Part shown: in pieces, positions 36,810 through 45,347 of the stretch
Position numbering within the stretch: position 1 is the first letter of the stretch
Layout of the letters: the number at the start of each line of letters is the position of its first letter
Origin: Candidatus Latescibacterota bacterium
GTDB lineage: Bacteria > Latescibacterota > UBA2968 > UBA8231
DNA length: 64,000 nt
NCBI GenBank assembly: GCA_965204725.1
Contig: OZ242005.1
Location: 2,208,001-2,272,000 of the forward strand
Reading direction: 5' to 3'
Program-made: the position numbers and the translations under genes
Notes under the pieces: generated by a model
Seen by the model: only the letters and a program-made list of their open reading frames with translations
Told to the model about the DNA's origin: nothing
Database searches by the model: none

Positions 36810-37700
36810 TCAAGTTTCTCTACAGCGAACCAAGCAGCGCAACGCAGTGAACGCATCGCTTGGACCCTTCCTTTGATACGCGCCCACCCGCTCCAGCCAT
36901 TCCGCCTCCCAAGCACCCCCCTGATAGCGGCACAGCGTCGCCAAGGCCCCTACGGCTGCGGCTTGGACCGCCCCGGGCTTTTCCGCGCTCCAGACGCCCG
37001 CACGGTACGCGCTGCGGATGCCGCCTGCAACCGGGTCCCAAGCCGCCTCTACGTGTTGGCGCAGGTAGCGACCCACCACGGCGCAGAGGGGCGTCTCGTT
37101 GCGGCGGCCGGCCTCGTCCAACATCGCGGTCAGCGCGGCGAGGGCCGCTTCGCTATATACGCAGGTTCCCCAGCCATCGTCAAAGCGGAAGAAGTCGCGG
37201 CGGACAGCAAAGAGCAACAGCCCCAAGTCCGGGTGGTAGTGGTAGTTCAAGATGGCGGCTACGGCGCGGGCGGCCGCTATTTGCAACGCGCGGTCGGCGC
37301 GGGTGTGCAAAAGGCGCGTACCCGCGCTCAGCACCTGCGCCCACTCGTCGAGGCTACGCGCCCCTGGGGGCATGGGTTGTCCCTCGGGCGACGCGCCGAT
37401 GTAATCCGCCGCGTCGCAACGCGCCAAGCTGTGCAGCACGAGCGTCCGCGCCCGTTCCCAATATCCACAGGCCGCCAGCCCTTCGGCTAACGAGAGGACG
37501 CCGCGGACCGTAGCCCGGTCGTACGCCTTGCGTTCACTGCCCTCGGCCACCTGTTCAGCCAGCATCCGGTAGCGCGGCTGATCTTGCAAATGCGCCAAGG
37601 CCGACAACAACTGACCGTCCCGGAGCGCACTCGCGCCCGTACCGCCCGCCAACAGCACTTTGACGGACTGGGCGGCCGCCTCGGCGATCGGCTCAGCCAT
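36810..37700 (-). CDS. Hypothetical helical protein, weakly AGE/epimerase-like
   Basis: Coupled to the upstream epimerase; WDPVAGG motif; no firm family. Confidence 0.5.
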   Translation of the reverse strand: MAEPIAEAAAQSVKVLLAGGTGASALRDGQLLSALAHLQDQPRYRMLAEQVAEGSERKAYDRATVRGVLSLAEGLAACGYWERARTLVLHSLARCDAADYIGASPEGQPMPPGARSLDEWAQVLSAGTRLLHTRADRALQIAAARAVAAILNYHYHPDLGLLLFAVRRDFFRFDDGWGTCVYSEAALAALTAMLDEAGRRNETPLCAVVGRYLRQHVEAAWDPVAGGIRSAYRAGVWSAEKPGAVQAAAVGALATLCRYQGGAWEAEWLERVGAYQRKGPSDAFTALRCLVRCRET

Positions 37701-37702
37701 GG

Positions 37703-38707
37703 CTAGAACTGCCCACTGCGGGATTCGTAGCGGGTCGGCTTACCCAAGCTCGGGCCGCCGGCCATGACCCACTCGGCCACCGCGTGCAGGATATGATCCG
37801 GGCCGACGCGCGGGCGACCAAATTCCGCACACAAGCGCCGACTATCCCCCAACAGGGCGTCTGGGGCCGGCGCGCCCGTAAAGCGGGGCGTCCTACCCAT
37901 GATTTTCCCTAGTTGTTCGGCGAGATCGCGCACGGATAAGGTCGCCGGCCCCGTCAGGTTGATGACGTTGGCCGGGCTGTGGCACAGGGGGAAGAAACGG
38001 CACAAATAGGCGTTGGCGTCGCCCTGCCAAATTTGGTTGACGTACCCCATAGTCAGATCAATCGGCTCTTGCTGCCACACCTTATCGGCGAGATCGCGGA
38101 TGATGCCGTAGCGCGGCTCAGTGGCGTAAAACAGCCGCACAATCAGCAAGGGCGTCCCCCGCATCCGCGACGCGTACTGGGCAATTCGCTCCCCGCCCAA
38201 GCGCGATTGGGCGTATTCGCCCACCGGGCCTAAAGCCCCGTCTTCGGCGGCCCCCGGCCCGGGAGCCTTGGAATACGCGTACACATTGCCCGAGCTGACA
38301 TAGACGATCCGCGCCTGTGCATAGCGTTCCATCACCGCGCCGGGCAATGCGGCATTCACCGCCCACGTCGCGTCTTCATGGCCGGTGGCCCCAAACTTAA
38401 ACCCGGCGAGCAAGAGGACATTGGGCGCGTCGGGCAGTTTTTTCAGCGCCTCGTCGGCGAGCAAGTCGCAGGCGACGGTTTGCACACCCACGCTCTCCAA
38501 GTAGCACCGCTTTTCTGCATCCGCAAAGCGCGCCACTCCCACCACCTGCTGCGCCCCGGCCCGCACCAACAGCTCGGCCAGCGTTGGTCCCATCTTGCCG
38601 CTAACCCCCAGCAGCAGAACCGGTCCGTCCAACTGACGCACGGCCTCCACGACTTCAGGGGTCGGGGTCGTCATGTCGTCTATGAGCGCGGCTTCACGGA
38701 CCATCAT
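37703..38707 (-). CDS. NAD-dependent epimerase/dehydratase
   Basis: LLGVSGKMG, SSGNVY and EYAQSR motifs; start moved to ATG 38707 (AGAGAGG RBS). Confidence 0.87.
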   Translation of the reverse strand: MMVREAALIDDMTTPTPEVVEAVRQLDGPVLLLGVSGKMGPTLAELLVRAGAQQVVGVARFADAEKRCYLESVGVQTVACDLLADEALKKLPDAPNVLLLAGFKFGATGHEDATWAVNAALPGAVMERYAQARIVYVSSGNVYAYSKAPGPGAAEDGALGPVGEYAQSRLGGERIAQYASRMRGTPLLIVRLFYATEPRYGIIRDLADKVWQQEPIDLTMGYVNQIWQGDANAYLCRFFPLCHSPANVINLTGPATLSVRDLAEQLGKIMGRTPRFTGAPAPDALLGDSRRLCAEFGRPRVGPDHILHAVAEWVMAGGPSLGKPTRYESRSGQF

Positions 38708-38859
38708 AGTACCTCTCTTTCGCGCATTGTACGCCCTCGGCGGCAAGGCCGCGTTTATTATAGCCCTCTTCTATCGTATCGACAATCAGATGTGCGCTGG
38801 GCCAAACACCCCCGTATTGGTCTTAACGGGGCGAGAAAACGCGGCCTGCGACGCCGTAG

Positions 38860-38904
38860 AAAAATCGTATAAAATCGTATATAATACGATTTTATACGAT
38901 TTTT
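38860..38904. promoter_or_regulatory. Perfect 21-bp inverted repeat made of tandem AAAATCGTAT units; candidate activator/operator site
   Basis: aaaaatcgtataaaatcgtat-ata-atacgattttatacgattttt in a divergent intergenic region. Confidence 0.6.
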
Positions 38905-38972
38905 TATGGTTCCTCATTGCGCGTGTATGGGCTGAAAAAAAGAAAATTAAATTTTATAACTCCTATATTTTC

Positions 38973-38999
38973 AATCCTTTAGGATCATCCTAAAGGATT
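38973..38999. promoter_or_regulatory. Perfect 13-bp inverted repeat upstream of the sigma54 promoter
   Basis: aatcctttaggat-c-atcctaaaggatt. Confidence 0.5.
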
Positions 39000-39021
39000 T
39001 TTTTGTGCGTACCCTGATTTT

Positions 39022-39037
39022 TGGCACGCAATTTGCA
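39022..39037 (+). promoter_or_regulatory. Sigma54 (-24/-12) promoter
   Basis: TGGCAC-GCAAT-TTGCA, exact TGGCAC-N5-TTGC consensus. Confidence 0.8.
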
Positions 39038-39047
39038 TACATAATTC

Positions 39048-39187
39048 GTAGAAACAAGGCCGATGAGGAAAGAAAGGAGGGGATACGAACTTTAATATCG
39101 GCTGTTTTTCAACACTCACTTCACTCACTTCCAGTGCCGTAGCGGTATCGGGCCGCGGGCGCACTGGGCAACTTAGGAGAAAAAATC
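39048..39187 (+). ncRNA. Candidate structured 5' leader RNA, copy A
   Basis: Homologous to 44220-44348, with covarying stem CCAGTGC/GCACTGG versus CCAGTAT/ATACTGG. Confidence 0.5.
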
Positions 39188-39469
39188 ATGCAGATCTTGA
39201 GGGAGTTCTTCACGTCGTCGAGCGGGTTGGCGCCGGCTCGGCAGGGTTTGGCCCTTGGTTGGGTCATCAGTGCCCTCACGGGGATCACCGTCCTGCTCGG
39301 GGCGAAGGAAGCCGAAGCCGGTAAGTGCGAGAACCGCACTTCTGAGGACTGCGGTTACAATGCTTGGTGCGATGATGATACGGACGGGGCCGAGCCGCTC
39401 AGGTGCTGCGAAGTTACACGGCACCGTGACTGTAGCTTTTCTACAGGAGATTGCTACTGCACCGCCTAA
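39188..39469 (+). CDS. Small secreted cysteine-rich peptide (8 Cys in a 49-aa core)
   Basis: AGGAG RBS; hydrophobic leader ending AEA; core GKC...CC...CYCTA. Confidence 0.7.
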   Translation: MQILREFFTSSSGLAPARQGLALGWVISALTGITVLLGAKEAEAGKCENRTSEDCGYNAWCDDDTDGAEPLRCCEVTRHRDCSFSTGDCYCTA

Positions 39470-39526
39470 GACAACCTCAGCTATAGACCAATAGCTTTAG
39501 GGTCGTTGCTTAGGCTAAGAAGCTGA

Positions 39527-39570
39527 AGGGTCCGGCTCAGGATCTATTCTTGAGCCGGTCCTCTTTTCCT
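39527..39570 (+). terminator. Stem-loop, likely intrinsic terminator or attenuator after the peptide gene
   Basis: ccggctcagga-tctat-tcttgagccgg followed by a pyrimidine/T tract; a second hairpin lies at ~39463-39515. Confidence 0.5.
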
Positions 39571-39630
39571 TCGTACTTACGGACCGTGTCCAGTTTTCTC
39601 TTTTGGAAATGTCTCTATGGAGGTGATAGC

Positions 39631-41808
39631 ATGTTGAAGTTCGCCGTTGTTGTCGCTGTTGTGCTGTGGGGTGGCCCCGCCGGGGCGATTCGGTGGGAGT
39701 TCGACGATGGGACGACGCAAGGATGGTTTGCCAAAGAAGATCGTGTGTGGGGTGGGGAGCGTGAATTTCATCAGTTTCCGGGGGTGGTTGAAGATGGCGT
39801 GTGGCGGATCGAGGTCGATCCCGCCGTCACCCAGGGGAGTTCCTCTACGCCGAAGGTCGAATTGATTTCGCCGACCATTGGGTACGATTCGGGTCTGTTC
39901 GACCACGTCCGCATCCGCTGCCGCACCGTCCACCACCGCCCTACAATGGGTAAGTTTTCGGTCGCTTGGACCAACGAGCACAACGCCCTGCCCTCAGGTT
40001 GGGATCTTGCGTTTGGAATCCGCTCACAAGATATACTCTATACTACCGAGTGGCAGGAAGTGGTGGTTGTCTTGGCAGGTCGCGACGACAAGAGATGGGA
40101 GGGTATTCTAAAAGATATTCGGCTCGGTTTTTCACTAGATCGTTGGGAAGCCGAGCCGGCGTCCGATGTGGTTGAGTGGTTTGAGATAGACTGGATCGAG
40201 TTGACCGGCGTGGAAGAGTTGCTACAGGGGGAACTGCCACCGCCGCCGGTAGCGTATCTTCGCTGGGATGCGGCTGGGCTTTTTGCGCCGCCGCTGTTCT
40301 ATCCGATTGCGCCGGGCACCGGGCACGATAAAGGCCTTTTAGGAGGGCCGCCGGGTGTCTTGACGGATTTGGATGGCGATGGGGCCTTAGACCTGTTTGC
40401 TGTTTGGAGTGCCCCGTACGAGGAAGAGGATCAGCCGGGGTATCAAACGGGCTGGCTGATGGCCCTCAACGACGGGCACGGGGTCTTGGAACTGAGGCGC
40501 ATAGAGGAAGTAGCGGGCGCAGGGCTGCTTAGTACCGATGCGGAAACTGGAAGTATAACCGTCACCGGGGTGCTCTTAGATGCGCTAGGGGCGGACTTGA
40601 ATGGCGATGGCCAAGACGAAATCGCGTTGTATGCAAGCGCCGGGGAGGAAGCGGCAGTAGAAGTGTGGTCTATCGGGACGGACCTCCAAGTCGAGGTGCT
40701 GGTGCGAATTGAGGATCGAGATCTCGTGGATGCCGCGGATTGGGATGGCGACGGCCGGGTCGAACTATTTGTTGAGGGGAGCACCTTAGAGGTGTGGGAT
40801 GTGGAACAGGGCGTGTGGACGTCCTCTGAGGTGGCCGAGGCCCAACACCATGTGGCCCATCGGGTTGGCGATTTTACCGGCGATGGGGTGCTCGATGTGG
40901 TGTGGACACCGATTGTCGGGCAGGCGAAGACGTGGGGGGTGGGAGCCTTGGGCGATGAGTTTCAGCGAAACGAGGTCTTTGAATTCGAGGCTTGGAATCC
41001 GCTGTCAGAGGTCGGCAATGAGGCCTGGGGTCCGCTGTCAGAGGTCGGCAATGAGGGTTGGAAGCCGCTGTTAGGGGTAGGCGATTTTGATGGCGATGGA
41101 CAGGTGGATGTACTCACCGAGTTCACTTGGGATCGACTTGAAGGGAGTAAGGGGCTCGTCTGGCTGAGCAATAGTACTGGCGGCGCAGAATCGGCGGTGT
41201 TGTATGATGATCGGCTGTTTCGACGCTCGCCAGTGCTGATGCGCGATCTCAATGCCGATGGAGTTGACGACTGGGTGTTTATCGGCGGAGACCGCGCTTC
41301 GGGCTTTGGGGTGTTCGTCGAATGGGGAGGGGGCGTCCAGCCGACCCAAGACGGGGAGCGGCATCGGCTGACCGGCAGTGCGACCCGTGTGCTGTCCGGG
41401 GATATGGATGGCGACGGCGATGAGGACTTGGTGGTGTTGGATCCGATCTGGGGTGGGGTGCATGTCCTCAAGAATTCGCTGGCTTCGACGCCGACGGCAG
41501 TACAGATGTCGGCGGCTGCGCGACCGGCGCAGTACCGGCTGGGCGACAGCTATCCCAACCCGTTCAATCCGGCGGTGGTGTTGCCCCTTGATTTGGCTAA
41601 GGACGCGGCGACGGTGTCGCTGCGGGTACATGACGTGTTGGGGCGTCGGGTGCGTCAGGTGTGGCAGGGGTCGCTGGGGGCAGGTCAGCATCGTTTTACT
41701 TGGGATGGCCGCGACGAGGCAGGCAGGGCGGTGGCGGCGGGCGTGTATATCTATCGGGTCGAGATGGACGGGCGGGTGGAAGCGAAAAAAATGACCAAGC
41801 TGCCGTAA
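39631..41808 (+). CDS. Secreted FG-GAP/VCBS-repeat protein with C-terminal FlgD-Ig/T9SS-type domain, paralogue 1
   Basis: GGAGGT RBS and ATG 39631; signal peptide; multiple DxDGDG repeats; YPNPFN...WDGRDEAG...GVY. Confidence 0.85.
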   Translation: MLKFAVVVAVVLWGGPAGAIRWEFDDGTTQGWFAKEDRVWGGEREFHQFPGVVEDGVWRIEVDPAVTQGSSSTPKVELISPTIGYDSGLFDHVRIRCRTVHHRPTMGKFSVAWTNEHNALPSGWDLAFGIRSQDILYTTEWQEVVVVLAGRDDKRWEGILKDIRLGFSLDRWEAEPASDVVEWFEIDWIELTGVEELLQGELPPPPVAYLRWDAAGLFAPPLFYPIAPGTGHDKGLLGGPPGVLTDLDGDGALDLFAVWSAPYEEEDQPGYQTGWLMALNDGHGVLELRRIEEVAGAGLLSTDAETGSITVTGVLLDALGADLNGDGQDEIALYASAGEEAAVEVWSIGTDLQVEVLVRIEDRDLVDAADWDGDGRVELFVEGSTLEVWDVEQGVWTSSEVAEAQHHVAHRVGDFTGDGVLDVVWTPIVGQAKTWGVGALGDEFQRNEVFEFEAWNPLSEVGNEAWGPLSEVGNEGWKPLLGVGDFDGDGQVDVLTEFTWDRLEGSKGLVWLSNSTGGAESAVLYDDRLFRRSPVLMRDLNADGVDDWVFIGGDRASGFGVFVEWGGGVQPTQDGERHRLTGSATRVLSGDMDGDGDEDLVVLDPIWGGVHVLKNSLASTPTAVQMSAAARPAQYRLGDSYPNPFNPAVVLPLDLAKDAATVSLRVHDVLGRRVRQVWQGSLGAGQHRFTWDGRDEAGRAVAAGVYIYRVEMDGRVEAKKMTKLP
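40987..41085 (+). repeat. In-frame 33-bp tandem repeat x3
   Basis: EAWNPLSEVGN / EAWGPLSEVGN / EGWKPLLGVGD; single copy in paralogue 2. Confidence 0.85.
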
Positions 41809-41902
41809 GGAGTGGTTGAAACGTGAGCCGGTGAGAGGGCATAAGACCGCCTAAATCATCTATACCTGACTGGAGCCGAAATTGTTGCAAAGGAGATGTG
41901 CT

Positions 41903-44053
41903 ATGCTACTGCTATTCGCCGTTGTTGCCGCCGTGATGCTGTGGAACGATCCCGCCGCGGCGATCAAGTGGGAGTTCGACGATGGGACGACGCAAGGGTG
42001 GTCTGCCACAGAAGGACTTATAGGGGTGGGAGGGCCACGTGAAACGAACCTGTTTCCGGGCGAGGTCGACGAAGGCGTGTGGCGGATCGCGGTCGATTCC
42101 TCCAGCACCAGAGGGCGGGATTCCCAGGCGGATTTCAAATTGATTTCCCCGACTATCGGGTACAATTCAGACCTGTTCGACCGGGTCCGCATCCGCTGCC
42201 GCACCGTCCATCATCGTCCTACAGTTGGTCATTTTTCGATCGCTTGGACCAACGAGCACAACGCCTTGGCTGCCGGTGAGGATCTAGGAGACCCGCTGTT
42301 GTCGCTCAGCCGGTTTGAAACCTCCGTCCAAGAAATAGTCTATACCACTGAGTGGCAGGAAATCGTGCTGTCGTTGGCCGGTCAAGACGAGAAGATATGG
42401 GAGGGGTTATTGAAAGATATTCGGCTCCGTTTTCTTCTCGATACAGAGGTAGATCTTTGGTCGGCGGCGGCCGTGGTTGAGGTTGCGTGGTTCGAGGTTG
42501 ACTGGATCGAGTTGACCGGCGTGGAAGGGCTCTTACAGGGGGAACTGCCGCCGCCCTACGTAGAGTATTTTCGCTTGGACGGGATCGGCCTTTTTGCCGC
42601 GCCGGCGTTCTATCCGATTGCCCCGGGCATAGGGGGCGGTACTTATGGAGAGGAGGTCGGCGTCTTAACGGACTTGGATGGCGATGGCGACTTAGACCTG
42701 TTCGCCGTCTGGGAAGATGGTCAGATAGGGGTGGGGACTAAAGATGGCTGGCTGATGGCGCTCAATGACGGGCACGGGGCCTTGAAACTAAGGCGCACAG
42801 AGGAAGTAACGGCCACCGGGGAGACGAGTACGGATGAGGACACAGGCGTGACGAGCAGTTTCGGGGTGGTCTTAGGGGTGCTGGGTGCGGACTTGACCGG
42901 CGATGGTCGCGACGAAATCGTGCTATCTACAAGCAACGAGGGAAAGAGAACAGAAGTGTGGTCTATCGGGCCGGAACTGCAAGTCGAGGTGCTCGTGCCG
43001 ATCGCGGATCGGTGGGTCGCGGATACAGCGGATTGGGACAGCGACGGTCGGGTCGAATTATTTGTGCAGAATGTTACGTATGAGGGCAGCACGTTAGAGG
43101 TCTGGGATGCAGCCGAGGGCGGGTGGACCGCCGAGGAGGTAGCGGCCGACCCAAACTATGCGCCCAGTCGGGTCGGCGATGTTACTGGCGATGGGGTCTT
43201 AGACGTGGTGTGGGTGCCGATCGCCGGGCGGTCAAACAGGTGGCTTGTGCAGGCTTTGGGCGGGGACTTGCAGCAAGGCGAGAGCTTTGCATTCGGCGAG
43301 GGGTATAGGCAGCTATTGGGGGTGGGCGATTTTGATGGCGACGGGCAGGTGGATTTCCTCACCGAGTCCACACGGGATCAATTTGAAGGGAGTAAGGGGC
43401 TCGTCTGGCTGAGCAAGAGTACTGGCGGCGCAGAATCGGCGGTGCTCTATGATGATCGGCTGTTTCGACGCTCGCCGGTGCTGATGCGCGATCTCAACGG
43501 CGATGGAGTTGACGACTGGGTGTTTATCGGCGGAGATCGTGCTTCGGGCTTTGGGGTGTTCGTCGAATGGGGGGGACGTGTCAATCCGACCCAAGACGGG
43601 GAGCGGCATCGGCTGCAAGGCAGCGCGACCCACGTGCTGTCTGGGGATATGGATGGCGACGGCGATGAGGACTTGGTGGTGTTAGACCCGATCTGGGGTG
43701 GGGTGCATGTCCTCAAGAGTTCGCTGGCTTCGACGCCGACGGCCGTGCAGACGTCGGCGGCAGCGCGACCGGCACAGTACCGGCTGGGCGACAGCTATCC
43801 CAATCCGTTTAATCCGGCGGTGGTGCTGCCCCTCGATTTGGCGACGGACGCGACGGAAGTATCGCTGCGGGTGCATGACGTGTTGGGTCGTCGGGTGCGT
43901 CAGGTGTGGCAGGGGCCGCTAGGGGCAGGTCAGCATCGGTTTGTATGGGATGGTCGCGACGAGGCGGGCAAGGCGGTGGCCGCGGGCGTGTATGTCTATC
44001 GGGTGGAAATCGACGGGCGGGTGGAAGCGAAAAAGACGACCAAGCTGCCGTAA
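41903..44053 (+). CDS. Secreted FG-GAP/VCBS-repeat protein with FlgD-Ig/T9SS-type domain, paralogue 2
   Basis: AAGGAG RBS and ATG 41903; colinear with paralogue 1; near-identical C-terminal third. Confidence 0.85.
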   Translation: MLLLFAVVAAVMLWNDPAAAIKWEFDDGTTQGWSATEGLIGVGGPRETNLFPGEVDEGVWRIAVDSSSTRGRDSQADFKLISPTIGYNSDLFDRVRIRCRTVHHRPTVGHFSIAWTNEHNALAAGEDLGDPLLSLSRFETSVQEIVYTTEWQEIVLSLAGQDEKIWEGLLKDIRLRFLLDTEVDLWSAAAVVEVAWFEVDWIELTGVEGLLQGELPPPYVEYFRLDGIGLFAAPAFYPIAPGIGGGTYGEEVGVLTDLDGDGDLDLFAVWEDGQIGVGTKDGWLMALNDGHGALKLRRTEEVTATGETSTDEDTGVTSSFGVVLGVLGADLTGDGRDEIVLSTSNEGKRTEVWSIGPELQVEVLVPIADRWVADTADWDSDGRVELFVQNVTYEGSTLEVWDAAEGGWTAEEVAADPNYAPSRVGDVTGDGVLDVVWVPIAGRSNRWLVQALGGDLQQGESFAFGEGYRQLLGVGDFDGDGQVDFLTESTRDQFEGSKGLVWLSKSTGGAESAVLYDDRLFRRSPVLMRDLNGDGVDDWVFIGGDRASGFGVFVEWGGRVNPTQDGERHRLQGSATHVLSGDMDGDGDEDLVVLDPIWGGVHVLKSSLASTPTAVQTSAAARPAQYRLGDSYPNPFNPAVVLPLDLATDATEVSLRVHDVLGRRVRQVWQGPLGAGQHRFVWDGRDEAGKAVAAGVYVYRVEIDGRVEAKKTTKLP

Positions 44054-44165
44054 GAAGCGTTCTTAAAACTCACGTTGCTTTCGGCCTAGTCTTGCACGAC
44101 GACTCTAGGGGTCATTCCCGCGAACGCGGGAATCCAAAAAAGGACCAAGCCGAAAGGCACGTCCT
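44050..44165. repeat. Dispersed ~110-bp repeat with REP palindrome GTCATTCCCGCGAACGCGGGAATCCA
   Basis: Homologous to 60484-60585; core at 44111-44136. Confidence 0.75.
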
Positions 44166-44193
44166 GAAGGATTTTTGTTTCGAGGCTGTTCGT

Positions 44194-44209
44194 TGGCACG
44201 AAACTTGCG
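44194..44209 (+). promoter_or_regulatory. Sigma54 (-24/-12) promoter
   Basis: TGGCAC-GAAAC-TTGCG, at the same position relative to the shared leader as 39022. Confidence 0.75.
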
Positions 44210-44219
44210 TATTTATAAT

Positions 44220-44348
44220 TCGCAACGGCGAGACCGAGACCGACGAAAGGAGGTGAGATAAACCCGTATCGGCTGTTTTTCAACGTTCACTTCCAGTATC
44301 GTAGCGGCAGAGAGCCGCCAACATACTGGGCAACTAAGGAGCAGGATT
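44220..44348 (+). ncRNA. Candidate structured 5' leader RNA, copy B
   Basis: GAAAGGAGG...TATCGGCTGTTTTTCAAC..TCACTTCCAGT..CGTAGCGG..GCCGC..ACTGGGCAACT.AGGAG shared with copy A. Confidence 0.5.
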
Positions 44349-45224
44349 ATGAACTATCGATCCATGCTAATCGTCTGCTTGACGACGCTGGGGCTAGCCG
44401 CCGCTGGCTGGGGACAAGCCGACGGGAAAATAGCGTTTATCTCCGACCGCGAAGGGCACAGTGACGTGTGGATTATGCAAGCGGATGGGAGCAACCCCGT
44501 CAACCTAACCCAAGGACGGGATTGCACTAGCCCGGCGTGGTCCCCAGATGGCGCGAAGATCGCCTACATTGACCGGGGCGAAATCTGGTTGATGGATGCC
44601 GACGGCCGCAATCCGCAACAGGTGACAGACGATTCAGTCGATAAAGCGAGGCTTTGGTGGTCTAACGACGGAAGTAGCATTTACTATATCGCCGCCGTGA
44701 CCGCGCCGCTTGCGGACGAGTGGGACGGCCCTGAGGCCTTCGTTACACAACTAGATGGCAGTGGCTCCTCGCCTGCGGACTGGCGAGAGATGTACCACCG
44801 CTTCCTCCCCGGTCGTTCCCCAGACGGAACCCAACAGGCAATCATCACGTTGTGGGATGGAGGGGGCCATATCCATGCCAATTTCCTTATCCAGAGCAGT
44901 GTCAGCGACCATGAGCATCCGGGTATTCTCCTGCCTGAATCACTCCTGAATAGGCTGACTGCGGAGGAAGATAGGGATAGTTGGCAAACTTTTCCTACTT
45001 GGTCGCCCGACGGCATGAGAATAGCCTTTGCGGCCTTGATCCAGTTCAAGGGTCAGTTTGAGATTTGGGCCGCTGATATAGACGGGGACAACTGGGTCGA
45101 ATTGACTAACGGCTTAGGTGGACATTCTCCTGCTTGGCAACCGATGCTCCCTGTGGCTACGAGCGTCGAGTCCCAAACGTGGGGACGGATCAAATCGCTG
45201 CTTTCAAGTGAGCCTCGTCCGTAG
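44349..45224 (+). CDS. Secreted TolB-like (PD40) beta-propeller protein with C-terminal TWGRIK motif
   Basis: KIAFISDREG; PAWSPDG/PTWSPDG repeats; ATSVESQTWGRIKSLL tail. Confidence 0.82.
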   Translation: MNYRSMLIVCLTTLGLAAAGWGQADGKIAFISDREGHSDVWIMQADGSNPVNLTQGRDCTSPAWSPDGAKIAYIDRGEIWLMDADGRNPQQVTDDSVDKARLWWSNDGSSIYYIAAVTAPLADEWDGPEAFVTQLDGSGSSPADWREMYHRFLPGRSPDGTQQAIITLWDGGGHIHANFLIQSSVSDHEHPGILLPESLLNRLTAEEDRDSWQTFPTWSPDGMRIAFAALIQFKGQFEIWAADIDGDNWVELTNGLGGHSPAWQPMLPVATSVESQTWGRIKSLLSSEPRP

Positions 45225-45246
45225 AGGCGGTTCGCAAGCCGCCCCG
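45221..45246. repeat. GTAG-type REP-like palindrome
   Basis: GTAGAGGCGGTTCGCAAGCCGCCCCG. Confidence 0.5.
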
Positions 45247-45347
45247 TTATTACCACCGTAGCGGCTTCGGGCCGCGAAATCAATAGTTCTGCGGCGGAAG
45301 CCAAGGTATTAGGCTTCCGCCGCCCCCCAAGATAGAGGCACTCCACT

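Noticed and set aside
39063-39095. Leader peptide MRKERRGYEL as an attenuator uORF
   Set aside because: The start codon is not conserved in the second leader copy; conservation is at nucleotide and structure level.
39631-44053. Diversity-generating retroelement acting on the FG-GAP paralogues or R-M copies
   Set aside because: No reverse transcriptase in the window, and the differences are block swaps and indels, not adenine-specific substitutions.
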